Positions 10,648 through 18,692 of a stretch of DNA of 32,000 nt are shown in pieces. The stretch spans positions 480,001 through 512,000 of the forward strand of contig NC_015722.1 of NCBI RefSeq assembly GCF_000219355.1, read 5' to 3'. Under the pieces are notes generated by a model. That model saw only the letters and a list, made by a program, of their open reading frames with translations. It was not told the DNA's origin and made no database searches. How positions within the stretch are numbered: the stretch's first letter is position 1; every line of letters starts with the position of its first letter. The position numbers and the translations under genes are program-made. This DNA is from Candidatus Midichloria mitochondrii IricVA. GTDB taxonomy: Bacteria > Pseudomonadota > Alphaproteobacteria > Rickettsiales > Midichloriaceae.

Positions 10648-11145
10648 TTAGGATAATTGGCTTAAAATCATTTGGAGAATAAAATCCACAGTTTTCATTC
10701 TAATTGTTGCTCGATCTCCAACAAAATGTTGCTTAACTACATCAATCTTATTGCTTTCGAGATTAGATGTGCCAATAAAAACTGTGCCGACTGGCTTAGC
10801 AGCGCTACCCCCACCAGGGCCTGCAATACCCGTTACAGCAAACACAAGGTTATTAGAATAGATTTTATTTAGTCCCTCTGCCATTGTTAAGGCAACCTTG
10901 GAGCTTACTGCGCCGTGTTTTGCAATAACCTCTGCTGGGATTTTTAAAATAGAATTTTTTGCATGGTTAGCATAGCTTACTATGCAAAATTCAAAGACCG
11001 CAGAACTACCTGGAACACTGGTTAGAACCCCGGCTATCAAACCACCAGTACAAGATTCAGCGCCAGCAATTTTTATTCCTTGCTGCTCTGCTTTTTGGAT
11101 GATTAATCTTGCCGTATTAAATGTAGTATCGGAGAAAATTATCAT
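10648..11145 (-). CDS. CinA C-terminal domain protein / nicotinamide-nucleotide amidohydrolase (PncC-type).
   Basis: Motifs GAESCTGGLIAGVLTSVPGSS and VTGIAGPGGGSAAKPVGTVF. About 165 aa, matching the stand-alone CinA_C domain. Confidence 0.85.
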   Translation of the reverse strand: MIIFSDTTFNTARLIIQKAEQQGIKIAGAESCTGGLIAGVLTSVPGSSAVFEFCIVSYANHAKNSILKIPAEVIAKHGAVSSKVALTMAEGLNKIYSNNLVFAVTGIAGPGGGSAAKPVGTVFIGTSNLESNKIDVVKQHFVGDRATIRMKTVDFILQMILSQLS

Positions 11146-11731
11146 AGATTTGATAAACTATAGTTATTGTAACCCCTGCAAATATAGCTGCTAGAACATC
11201 ATCAAGCATTACTGCAAATGCTCCTTTCATACGCCCATCAATGGTTTTTAGAAAAAATGGCTTTTTTATGTCAAAGAATCTAAAAAATATTACCCCAATG
11301 AAAAAAGCTAAAGTAGTAGCATGGCATGAAAAGTAGGGAGATAAAGCTACGCCGAGTTTCAATAAAGACTTGCAAGATATTGCAAAAGTCAAAAGCTGTC
11401 CGACAACTTCGTCGATAACAATTGATTGATGATCGTGCGTTAATGTTTGGGCTTGAAATCGTGATATACTAAACCATCCCAATGAAAGGAAAATTAAAGA
11501 TAATACAAAAAATCCTAATGCAATTTCCTCATAAGATGTTGAGCTAATAATAAGGAAATTGTAAATTGGATACACTGAAAGGGAAGCAATAGTACCAGGC
11601 GCAATTGGAAATAATCCAAGAAAAAACCATGTAACTATAATTGTAGTAGGCTTAAAACCATAATTGAGGCGCTCTTTTTGTGCTTCTCTAAGTAACTTTA
11701 ATACTCTTTTATAACCACGATTAAAAAACAT
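11117..11731 (-). CDS. pgpA: Phosphatidylglycerophosphatase A
   Basis: Hydrophobic protein with GLFPIAPGTIASL, FRFFDIKKPF and MLDDVLAAIFAG blocks typical of PgpA. Its 3' end overlaps cinA-C by 29 nt. Confidence 0.8.
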   Translation of the reverse strand: MFFNRGYKRVLKLLREAQKERLNYGFKPTTIIVTWFFLGLFPIAPGTIASLSVYPIYNFLIISSTSYEEIALGFFVLSLIFLSLGWFSISRFQAQTLTHDHQSIVIDEVVGQLLTFAISCKSLLKLGVALSPYFSCHATTLAFFIGVIFFRFFDIKKPFFLKTIDGRMKGAFAVMLDDVLAAIFAGVTITIVYQIYDNFLRYYI

Positions 11732-11734
11732 AAA

Positions 11735-12242
11735 TTATTTTAAGAATTTATTCTGCATTAATATACCACATATAGCCTGAGCAGCTATTCCCTCTTGTCT
11801 ACCTAAAAATCCCATCTTTTCTGTAGTTGCTGCTTTAACACTAACTTGGTCTAAATTAATTGAGAGGATATCAGCTATAAATTGTCTCATTCCTAAACTT
11901 CTTGGCATCACTTTTGGGTGCTCGCATATTATTGTAATATCGATATTGATAATTTGTCCACCAATTTCTTTTATTAAATCATTTGCATACTGAACGAAAA
12001 ATTTCGATTCCTTGTTGCGCCACTTTTCGTCAGTTGCTGGAAAATGAGAGCCAATATTGCCATTTGCAATAGCGCCTAGAATCGCCTCTGTTAGCGCATG
12101 AAGACCAACGTCCCCCATCTGAATGAGCATCAACAATATAATTGCAGGGTAACTTAATACCGCAAATCGGCATAAACCCATCTGCAGAGATCTTTATTAA
12201 TCTATGCACATCGTAGCCGATTCCAACCCTTGTAATATACAT
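11735..12242 (-). pseudogene. ispF: 2-C-methyl-D-erythritol 2,4-cyclodiphosphate synthase, interrupted by a +1 frameshift in a G5 run (C5 on the + strand at 12112..12116).
   Basis: ORF 12030..12242 gives MYITRVGIGYDVHRL...DAHSDGG. ORF 11735..12181 continues as DVGLHALTEAILGA...GSHFPATD...ATTEKMGFLGRQEGI. Deleting one G restores HSDGDVGLHAL. Confidence 0.85.
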
Positions 12243-12883
12243 TAAATATCCTCTTTGAATGTAATCTTATAGTTACTAGCTTCGCCTTTAACATATGAAA
12301 CTATAAGCCCTCTTTCAATAGCTAAGGAGATATCATCAGTTACATTTTGTGTGACATCATGATGCAACTCATAAATTACTTTAAATTTAAAACCTTGAGG
12401 GGTTTGAGTTTGGCAAAGGTCATCTCGTGGAACAATAACTAAATTATTATTCTCATCGAACCTTTTTAAGGTATCGACTATGGGAAGCAAAACGTCAACA
12501 GCATCGCTTGTTCTTAACGCAAAGATAACATCAGTTATCAACCTTTCACTTACAAAAGGCCTTGCAGCGTCATGTATAATAACATTTTGAGGGTCAAGCT
12601 TAGCAACAAGGTCTAGCCCATTTTTTACTGATTCTTTCCTAGTATTGCCTCCAAATGCTACTTTGATGGAGCGAAATTCATCTAAAATAGGTCGATAATA
12701 TTTTTCATGTTCTGGCTTTACAACAACACATACTTCGTCAACTAGACAATGATCGGTAAATTTTTCTAGAACGTGATACAGAATCTCCTTCCCTTTAATT
12801 TTTTGGTATACTTTGGTTATACTTGAACTAGCAAACCTTGAAGAATGACCTGATGCAACAATTAGTGCTATAGTTTTTAACAT
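12242..12883 (-). CDS. ispD: 2-C-methyl-D-erythritol 4-phosphate cytidylyltransferase
   Basis: Motifs ALIVASGHSSRF, GGNTRKESVKNGL and IHDAARPF. The stop overlaps the ispF start (TAATG). Confidence 0.9.
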   Translation of the reverse strand: MLKTIALIVASGHSSRFASSSITKVYQKIKGKEILYHVLEKFTDHCLVDEVCVVVKPEHEKYYRPILDEFRSIKVAFGGNTRKESVKNGLDLVAKLDPQNVIIHDAARPFVSERLITDVIFALRTSDAVDVLLPIVDTLKRFDENNNLVIVPRDDLCQTQTPQGFKFKVIYELHHDVTQNVTDDISLAIERGLIVSYVKGEASNYKITFKEDI

Positions 12884-12940
12884 ACACCTGAGAAGCTCAA
12901 ATGCCTACACTTTTGATACAGGCCAAGATGGCTTTCTTCG

Positions 12941-13228
12941 TTATTCCTTTTTACCATGGTTAACAGCTTTTTTTAGTTCTGATCCGGGGAAAAATTTAGG
13001 TTTTTTCGTCGCTGGAACTTCCATTTTTTCACCGGTTTGCGGATTTCTAACTTCCTTGGCTGGAACATCTTTAACTTTATATGAGCCAAAACCAACTAAC
13101 TTGATTTCTCTTCCATCTTGTAAAGCTTTCTTAACAACTGCAATGAATGAGTTAACAAATTTCTCAGCATCTGTTTTTGTTGTCACCATAGAACTAGCAA
13201 TCGCTGCTACAAATTCTGTCTTATTCAT
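12941..13228 (-). CDS. hup: HU-family DNA-binding protein
   Basis: MNKTEFVAAIA..., GFGSYKVKDVPAKEVRNPQTGEKMEVPA (beta-arm). A strong Shine-Dalgarno GAGGAGG lies 3 nt upstream of the ATG. Confidence 0.92.
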   Translation of the reverse strand: MNKTEFVAAIASSMVTTKTDAEKFVNSFIAVVKKALQDGREIKLVGFGSYKVKDVPAKEVRNPQTGEKMEVPATKKPKFFPGSELKKAVNHGKKE

Positions 13229-13250
13229 ATCCTCCTCGAATAAGTTTTAG

Positions 13251-13278
13251 TTAATATTTACATTGCAATACCTTGCAA
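13251..13278 (-). promoter_or_regulatory. Candidate sigma-70-type promoter for hup: -35 TTGCAA and -10 TATTAA with a 16-nt spacer.
   Basis: On the minus strand, TTGCAA (13273..13278), a 16-nt spacer, then TATTAA (13251..13256), about 25 nt upstream of the hup start. This is a pattern match only. Confidence 0.3.
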
Positions 13279-13505
13279 TGCGCTATCAAAAACAAAAATA
13301 ACAGTAATACATTTTATTTGTCTAGCGATTTTATGCTCAATACTTAATTAAAACGCAATTTTGTGCAAAGATTTAGTAAAAAGTATACTTTTTCTTCCTT
13401 TATAATAATATAAATCAATTTAGAGCCCAGTAATAAAGCTGCAAAACTTGACATAAAATTGAATACTGATAGAAGCTTTATCAAAAGAAAATTATAAAAA
13501 AATAT

Positions 13506-14243
13506 ATGTTACCAATAGTTGCAGTACCAACTGCAAAAATAGATTCTCTAACTTTACCAGTTGATGCAGCCGCGGCAAAGTCAACTTTAACAAGTTTATC
13601 TTTTTTTGATCTTTTCCTACAGGCTGATACAGTGGTGAAGCTAGTAATGCTCTTTCTTCTGGTTTGTTCTATAATTAGTTGGACCATAATTATTGATAAA
13701 ATCATCGTGTTTATGAAGTTGCGTTATATAATGAACAATTTTGAGAAAAATTTTTGGTCAGGTAAGCCGTTGGATTCTCTATTGAGGCTTGTTTTACAAA
13801 AGAAGGAAAAACATCCATTATCCCAAGTATTCGTAGCTGCTATGCAGGAAATTGATTTAGTAAATAGCTCTCGTTTGAGTTTTGTTAAGGAGAGATTAGA
13901 TCAATCGATGCGCACTGCTATCAATCGCGCGGTTGAAGAATTAGAAGAGAATATTGGATTTTTGGCCACTATAGCAAGTAGTGCTCCATTTGTAGGCTTG
14001 TTTGGGACAGTTTGGGGTATCATGAGCAGCTTTCAATCTATAGCGGTTAGTAAAAGCACTACGCTTGCGGTTGTTGCACCTGGAATAGCTGAAGCACTTT
14101 TAGCTACTGCCATTGGCTTGATTGTAGCGATCCCAGCTACTATATTTTATAATAAGCTTTCTAATGATATTAATAAAATTGTTAATAAAATAGAAAATTT
14201 TTCGTTAGAATTATCTACTTTGATTATAAGAGACATAGAATAG
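13506..14243 (+). CDS. tolQ: Tol-Pal system protein TolQ (MotA/TolQ/ExbB proton channel).
   Basis: Three TM segments and the conserved block SSAPFVGLFGTVWGIMSSF. It is followed by a TolR/ExbD-type gene. Confidence 0.9.
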   Translation: MLPIVAVPTAKIDSLTLPVDAAAAKSTLTSLSFFDLFLQADTVVKLVMLFLLVCSIISWTIIIDKIIVFMKLRYIMNNFEKNFWSGKPLDSLLRLVLQKKEKHPLSQVFVAAMQEIDLVNSSRLSFVKERLDQSMRTAINRAVEELEENIGFLATIASSAPFVGLFGTVWGIMSSFQSIAVSKSTTLAVVAPGIAEALLATAIGLIVAIPATIFYNKLSNDINKIVNKIENFSLELSTLIIRDIE

Positions 14244-14252
14244 GTAATCTAA

Positions 14253-14678
14253 ATGCATTTTGCTGTACCAAGTTTTAATAAATATAAGAGAAGATCATTA
14301 AACAGTGAAATAAATGTAACTCCATTTGTTGATGTGGTGTTAGTTCTTTTAGTTATTTTTATGGTGACCTCGCCTATGTTATTATCGGGAGTAGAGGTTG
14401 ATCTGCCCCAAACTAAAACTATTCCTATCACTGGTCAAGATGAACCAGTGTCTATTACTGTTGATAAGCATGGAAATATATATTTACAAGAGATCAAAGT
14501 ATCGCTTGCTGAATTGGAGAAAAAGCTTAACGCCTTATTTGCAGCCAAAAAAGATAATCGAGTTTTTTTAAGAGGGGATAAACTTGTTGATTATGGGAAG
14601 ATTATGGAAGTGTTCACAACATTAAAAGCTAGCGGACTTTATAATGTTGCTCTTGTAACTGAAGTGCTCCAAAAGTGA
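14253..14678 (+). CDS. tolR: Tol-Pal system protein TolR (ExbD/TolR family).
   Basis: EINVTPFVDVVLVLLVIFMV N-terminal TM region, with a periplasmic domain ending ...VFLRGDKLVDYGKIMEV. Confidence 0.88.
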   Translation: MHFAVPSFNKYKRRSLNSEINVTPFVDVVLVLLVIFMVTSPMLLSGVEVDLPQTKTIPITGQDEPVSITVDKHGNIYLQEIKVSLAELEKKLNALFAAKKDNRVFLRGDKLVDYGKIMEVFTTLKASGLYNVALVTEVLQK

Positions 14679-15604
14679 TGACTACCAATTTTAGCAATAG
14701 CTTAGCATATTCTTTGGTGCTGCATGCTGTGTTATTTGTTTTTTTGATTTTTGGGCTTCCGTCTTTAAAAAAAGATAACTTTAAGGAGCAAGCGATCGTC
14801 ATAGATCTTGTAAGTGTATCTGAAATAACAAAGATTAAACCAAAAAAGCAAAGCGCTCCACAGCCGCAACTCAAGCTTGCCGATAGTTTTCAGGAAAAAC
14901 CGAAGCTAGCCGCCCCTATAGAAATACCACCGCTGCCCGTTATAGCAAAGAATGATCCAGCTGAAGAAATGGTTAAGAAAGAAAAAAAGGTGCTAGCTGC
15001 TAAAAAAAAGCCAGAAGAAAAGATACCTGAAGTAAAGCATGAAGAGAAGAAGATAGCCTCCCAAGAAAAGCCGTCCCCTAAGCAGCCGCCCAAAAGGGAA
15101 ACTGTAAAAAAGAGTGTAGGAGTGAGACAAGACTTAAAGAATAGCGATAAGAAAAAAGGCTTGCACCCTAAAATGGTCCTAAAATCATTGAAAGCGACTA
15201 ATATAACTCAACCTGAAAGGAAAATATTAGATGAAAAATTTCAAGAACTAGAAAAAATAATAGAAGGGGAGGCAGATGAACCATTTAATCCAGATTTAGA
15301 GATATCGATTAGTGAAATCGATTCTATACGTAACCAAATTAAAAGAGCGTGGAACCCGATAGCTTTTAATGGTAGCGGGCAGGTTATGAAAGTGTCTATT
15401 TTTATGCAACTTGATAAAAGTGGTACTATAATTAGTATCAAACCAATTTTGGAAAGTAATCATAATCCCAGTTATCACGCCTTTGTTGAGAGCGTGATTA
15501 GAGCGGCTAGAAAAGCTTCGCCGCTGCAAGATCTCGCGCCAAATAAGTTCCAGTCTTGGAAAGAGATGGAGATGGTTTTTTCTTCTGAAGATATGGTATA
15601 CTAA
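14675..15604 (+). CDS. tolA: TolA-like protein: N-terminal anchor, Lys/Pro/Glu-rich linker and a TonB/TolA C-terminal domain.
   Basis: The start overlaps the tolR stop (GTGATG). It has one N-terminal TM, a low-complexity KPEEK-rich middle region and a C-terminal IRNQIKRAWNP... domain. Its position after tolQR supports the call. Confidence 0.65.
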   Translation: MMTTNFSNSLAYSLVLHAVLFVFLIFGLPSLKKDNFKEQAIVIDLVSVSEITKIKPKKQSAPQPQLKLADSFQEKPKLAAPIEIPPLPVIAKNDPAEEMVKKEKKVLAAKKKPEEKIPEVKHEEKKIASQEKPSPKQPPKRETVKKSVGVRQDLKNSDKKKGLHPKMVLKSLKATNITQPERKILDEKFQELEKIIEGEADEPFNPDLEISISEIDSIRNQIKRAWNPIAFNGSGQVMKVSIFMQLDKSGTIISIKPILESNHNPSYHAFVESVIRAARKASPLQDLAPNKFQSWKEMEMVFSSEDMVY

Positions 15605-15850
15605 ACTGTATAGCTAGAGCGTTGGAACTCAGGCAGGAAGCATTCAATGCCAGTCGTATAAAGAAAGCAAACGAGAATAGTATCCTCATTTTGTATCACT
15701 GATGTATTTTCTAAATTAGTATCATCTATAGCATAATATAGTATTTGAGATCCCGCGGTTGAAGGTATCTCTTTAGCCTTTACTCCAAAACTCTCTACGG
15801 CCACGCACCTATTACACCAACCGATAGCTGATCTTGCCCCCCAAAAACAC

Positions 15851-15876
15851 CACGGGGGACTCCCACGGGGGACTCA
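15851..15876. repeat. Tandem 13-bp direct repeat (CACGGGGGACTCC / CACGGGGGACTCA), bracketed by C6 (15837..15842) and C5 (15883..15887) runs.
   Basis: Read directly from the sequence: CCCCCCAAAAACAC-CACGGGGGACTCC-CACGGGGGACTCA-AAAAGACCCCC. Confidence 0.8.
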
Positions 15877-16228
15877 AAAAGACCCCCTATGCTTGGCTCC
15901 GATTGTAAAACCGGACCGGTTCAGTGATTTCTCCAGGATCGCGGACAGGAATTCCATCTTTTACTATCCTCATAGGTAGCGCCTCATATCTAAAAGTTAT
16001 ACAACATCGGTCTAAGGCCTTGTTACGAATGCAATAGAAACGTAAGGAGTAACCCTTTACAACCCGTAGCCTAATCTAAGCCTTACGCTAGCGCAATAAA
16101 ATTATATACAGAAATTTAAATTTGATATTCTTGAGAATCGGATTAAGCTGGTTCTATAATTTAACAGATTTACTATATTTATACGCAGGCAAAATAACGA
16201 AGCTACTGGATGGACCTTAAACTACGGT

Positions 16229-16888
16229 CTATTCCGAGTTTTCAGCTTTAGTAATCTTAATTTTAGTGCTTTTAATTTTGCGGGGCTCGGCCTCGATGAT
16301 TTCAATTTCTAAGCCCATAGGGTGCATTATTTTTTCTCCCTTAAGAGGGACACGATCTAGGTAAGACAAGATAAAGCCGCCGAATGTTTCATATTCTCCA
16401 TCCTCTTGAGATAAGCTGAAATTTAATATTTCTTCTACATCTTGAATTGCCGCCCGTGCGTCAACAGTATAGTGGTTTTCGCTAATTTTATTGATAAACA
16501 CCTTGCTCACTTGATCGTGTTCATCCCTCATATCGCCTACGATCTTTTCAATTAAATTTTCAATTACCACCATGCCTTCTGTCCCCCCGTACTCATCTAG
16601 AACTACCGCAATATGAGTTGTGCTATTTCTCATGTTAGATAATAAATCTATGCACTTGGTGGAACGAGGCGAATAAATTATTTTACGTATAGCATCAGAC
16701 ATCTTAAAAGCTTTACTACCATCCATATAATGGATAAAGTCTTTGATATGCAAAAAACCCACTATATCGTCCAGGTTTTCTCTATATACTGGCATTCTAG
16801 TATAACCAGTACTAGTAAATTGTTGCTTGATTTCTTCAAAGGTGGAAGAGCCTTCGATACCAATAAGATCCGTCCTTGGTATCATCAC
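16229..16888 (-). CDS. corC: CorC/TlyC-type CBS-domain protein (magnesium/cobalt efflux-associated, hemolysin C family). The first canonical start is at 16888, but homology continues upstream to 17059.
   Basis: MIPRTDL, a CBS pair (IVGFLHIKDF, HIAVVLDEYGGTEGMVVIENLIEKIVG) and a C-terminal CorC_HlyC domain. The upstream in-frame KKLFRLFKKK...SERNIIENLLSFRDLRVSEV aligns with CorC N-termini. Confidence 0.85.
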   Translation of the reverse strand: MMIPRTDLIGIEGSSTFEEIKQQFTSTGYTRMPVYRENLDDIVGFLHIKDFIHYMDGSKAFKMSDAIRKIIYSPRSTKCIDLLSNMRNSTTHIAVVLDEYGGTEGMVVIENLIEKIVGDMRDEHDQVSKVFINKISENHYTVDARAAIQDVEEILNFSLSQEDGEYETFGGFILSYLDRVPLKGEKIMHPMGLEIEIIEAEPRKIKSTKIKITKAENSE

Positions 16889-17086
16889 CTCACTTACCCT
16901 AAGATCTCTAAAGGATAAAAGGTTTTCTATAATATTTCTCTCTGAAGTATTTAGTAAATCATTGTCTATGTGCCCATCTTTATCTATATAAATATCAATA
17001 TTTTGTTTTGTTTCGTCACTTCTGCTCTTCTTTTTGAACAGCCTAAATAATTTTTTAACCTAAATGTTGTATTAAGAGGTGACAAA

Positions 17087-17665
17087 CTAGTATTTGATTT
17101 GTAGGGTATCTGCAACATGTTCTAGGAGATAAGGATCTTTAAAGCCCATTGAGTTCATTATAGAGATTTCAACTCTTTCCATTATTTCTGCATCACTTTC
17201 TTCAACATGATCATAACCAAGCAGGTGTAAAAAGGAGTGCACCAGTATATGAGTAAAATGTGCTTTAAAGGTTTTGGTTTGTTCTATACTTTCTTGAGAA
17301 ATGCGTTGGTAACTTATAGCCACATCTCCCAAAAAGAATTTCTCATCCTCTTGAATCGGAAGAGAGGAAAAGTCATCTCTAGAAAATTCGTGGGAAGGAA
17401 AAGACAAGACATTGGTAGGGCCATTTTTATGGCGAAACTCGTGATTTAGTTGTTCTAACTCGCCATCATCCGTTAACAGGACCGCCACTTCCACCTCATG
17501 TATATGCTTTAAAAACCCAGCATAGTTTAAGACCAAAAATAAAACGCCCCGTATATGCTGCTCAATATCACCATCCTCAAAACCTGTAACGTCGAACCAC
17601 TCGCAATCTCTGATAATAACATCAGCACTCACACTATAAAAACTATCGGGGTCAGCTCCTTTCAT
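17087..17665 (-). CDS. ybeY: Endoribonuclease YbeY (rRNA maturation factor).
   Basis: Zinc motif HSFLHLLGYDH and TNVLSFP. It lies upstream of corC, as in many bacteria. Confidence 0.9.
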   Translation of the reverse strand: MKGADPDSFYSVSADVIIRDCEWFDVTGFEDGDIEQHIRGVLFLVLNYAGFLKHIHEVEVAVLLTDDGELEQLNHEFRHKNGPTNVLSFPSHEFSRDDFSSLPIQEDEKFFLGDVAISYQRISQESIEQTKTFKAHFTHILVHSFLHLLGYDHVEESDAEIMERVEISIMNSMGFKDPYLLEHVADTLQIKY

Positions 17666-17808
17666 AAAATGACAACAAATTCCTCAAAGGCAAAACTATT
17701 ACTATAAAACAACAACGCAATGTTTACTCTCCGAGTATAACAAGATAATGAAAGAATTTGCAATAAATTTTTTTATTAATAAAATTATAAGCTGAATTGA
17801 CGGTATAA

Positions 17809-17976
17809 TTAATTTTTATTGTTTTCATTATCGTCTTCTGACTTATTGCTTAAACTATTCTTAAAAGCTTTTATTCCGCGCCCTATTTCGCCCATTACTC
17901 TAGGTAGCTTGCCAGCGCCAAAAAGCACTAGAACAATCAATAATATGAGAAGTAATTCACCAAAACGACCAGTCAC
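17809..17976 (-). CDS. tatA: Twin-arginine translocase subunit TatA/E (55 aa, GTG start). Below the size cut-off of the supplied ORF track.
   Basis: My own translation of the minus strand: VTGRFGELLLILLIVLVLFGAGKLPRVMGEIGRGIKAFKNSLSNKSEDDNENNKN*. It shows the TatA TM helix, the FG hinge and the amphipathic helix. Confidence 0.75.
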   Translation of the reverse strand: MTGRFGELLLILLIVLVLFGAGKLPRVMGEIGRGIKAFKNSLSNKSEDDNENNKN

Positions 17977-18050
17977 AATAAATATAGCTTAAAAAAAAAG
18001 ATTATGTGAGTTAGAATATCACCAATATAAAATTTGCCAAGAAAAATTGT

Positions 18051-18692
18051 ATGATAATGAGAAGCAGGCGTAAAAAACGATCAAATTTAATAAAAAAGTT
18101 CAGGGTAATTGAGCTCAGTACTTTTACTTTTGCGCTCATTGTATTTTTGGCGTTATTTGACCGTGCGCACAAATATGCAAAACCTGTAGATTTGGCCCAA
18201 TTGCCTATTGTGAAACAGTTGAAAAAAGAATTTAAATTTCAACCCGAAAACTCAGCGGGTTTAGTCGTTATGCATCAAAACAAAACTATATATGATAATT
18301 TTAAATCCAATCCTAAAAAAGAAATCAGAAATCATGCAATATCCCCAGGAGAAAACGAGGATTTGTTAGTTTTATTAAGATCTGCATACTTAAAAAAAGA
18401 AATGCAAATTGTAGAGAGTCCATTTTCCATGCTCGACCAGGATTTAGATAAAAACTCTTTAATCAGTTTTGGTACCACTAGTACTAAAGAGGCAGCTGAG
18501 ATAAAATCACGGAGACTTGCAAATAGTTACCAAGAGCTCTTTCAAATTAAATTTAAGATTGTGCAAATAGATAAAGATACTTATAAGTTGGAAACAGCTG
18601 AAGCGATTAATGAAAAAGTAGGAAGCATGGTTTGCCAAAAAATTAAATCGGCAGGAGGGGAGTGCAATGTCATTAGATTACCAAGAGATTAG
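18051..18692 (+). CDS. Membrane-anchored protein with a C-terminal SPOR-like (peptidoglycan-binding) domain.
   Basis: Basic N-terminus plus one TM (LSTFTFALIVFLALF). The C-terminal ISFGTTSTKEAAEIKSRRL...YKLETAEAINEKVGSMVCQKIKSAGGECNVIRL follows the SPOR pattern. It sits next to nagZ. Confidence 0.55.
   Translation: MIMRSRRKKRSNLIKKFRVIELSTFTFALIVFLALFDRAHKYAKPVDLAQLPIVKQLKKEFKFQPENSAGLVVMHQNKTIYDNFKSNPKKEIRNHAISPGENEDLLVLLRSAYLKKEMQIVESPFSMLDQDLDKNSLISFGTTSTKEAAEIKSRRLANSYQELFQIKFKIVQIDKDTYKLETAEAINEKVGSMVCQKIKSAGGECNVIRLPRD

Noticed and set aside
16030-16085. ACGTAAGGAGTA...CCCGTAGCCTA, resembling the IS982 right-end region (ACGTAAGGAGTAGGCCCGTGAGCCTA).
   Set aside because: Only a 12-nt exact match plus a short second block. 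The terminal repeat itself is absent. This is too weak to call a fifth remnant.
15605-16228. Possible tmRNA, SRP RNA, RNase P RNA or retron-like ncRNA in the structured gap after tolA.
   Set aside because: I found none of the conserved cores by eye: GAGGAAAGTCC for RNase P, GGAAGCAGCC for SRP, or a T-arm plus tag ORF for tmRNA. There is no adjacent reverse transcriptase ORF. A covariance-model scan is needed for a firm negative.
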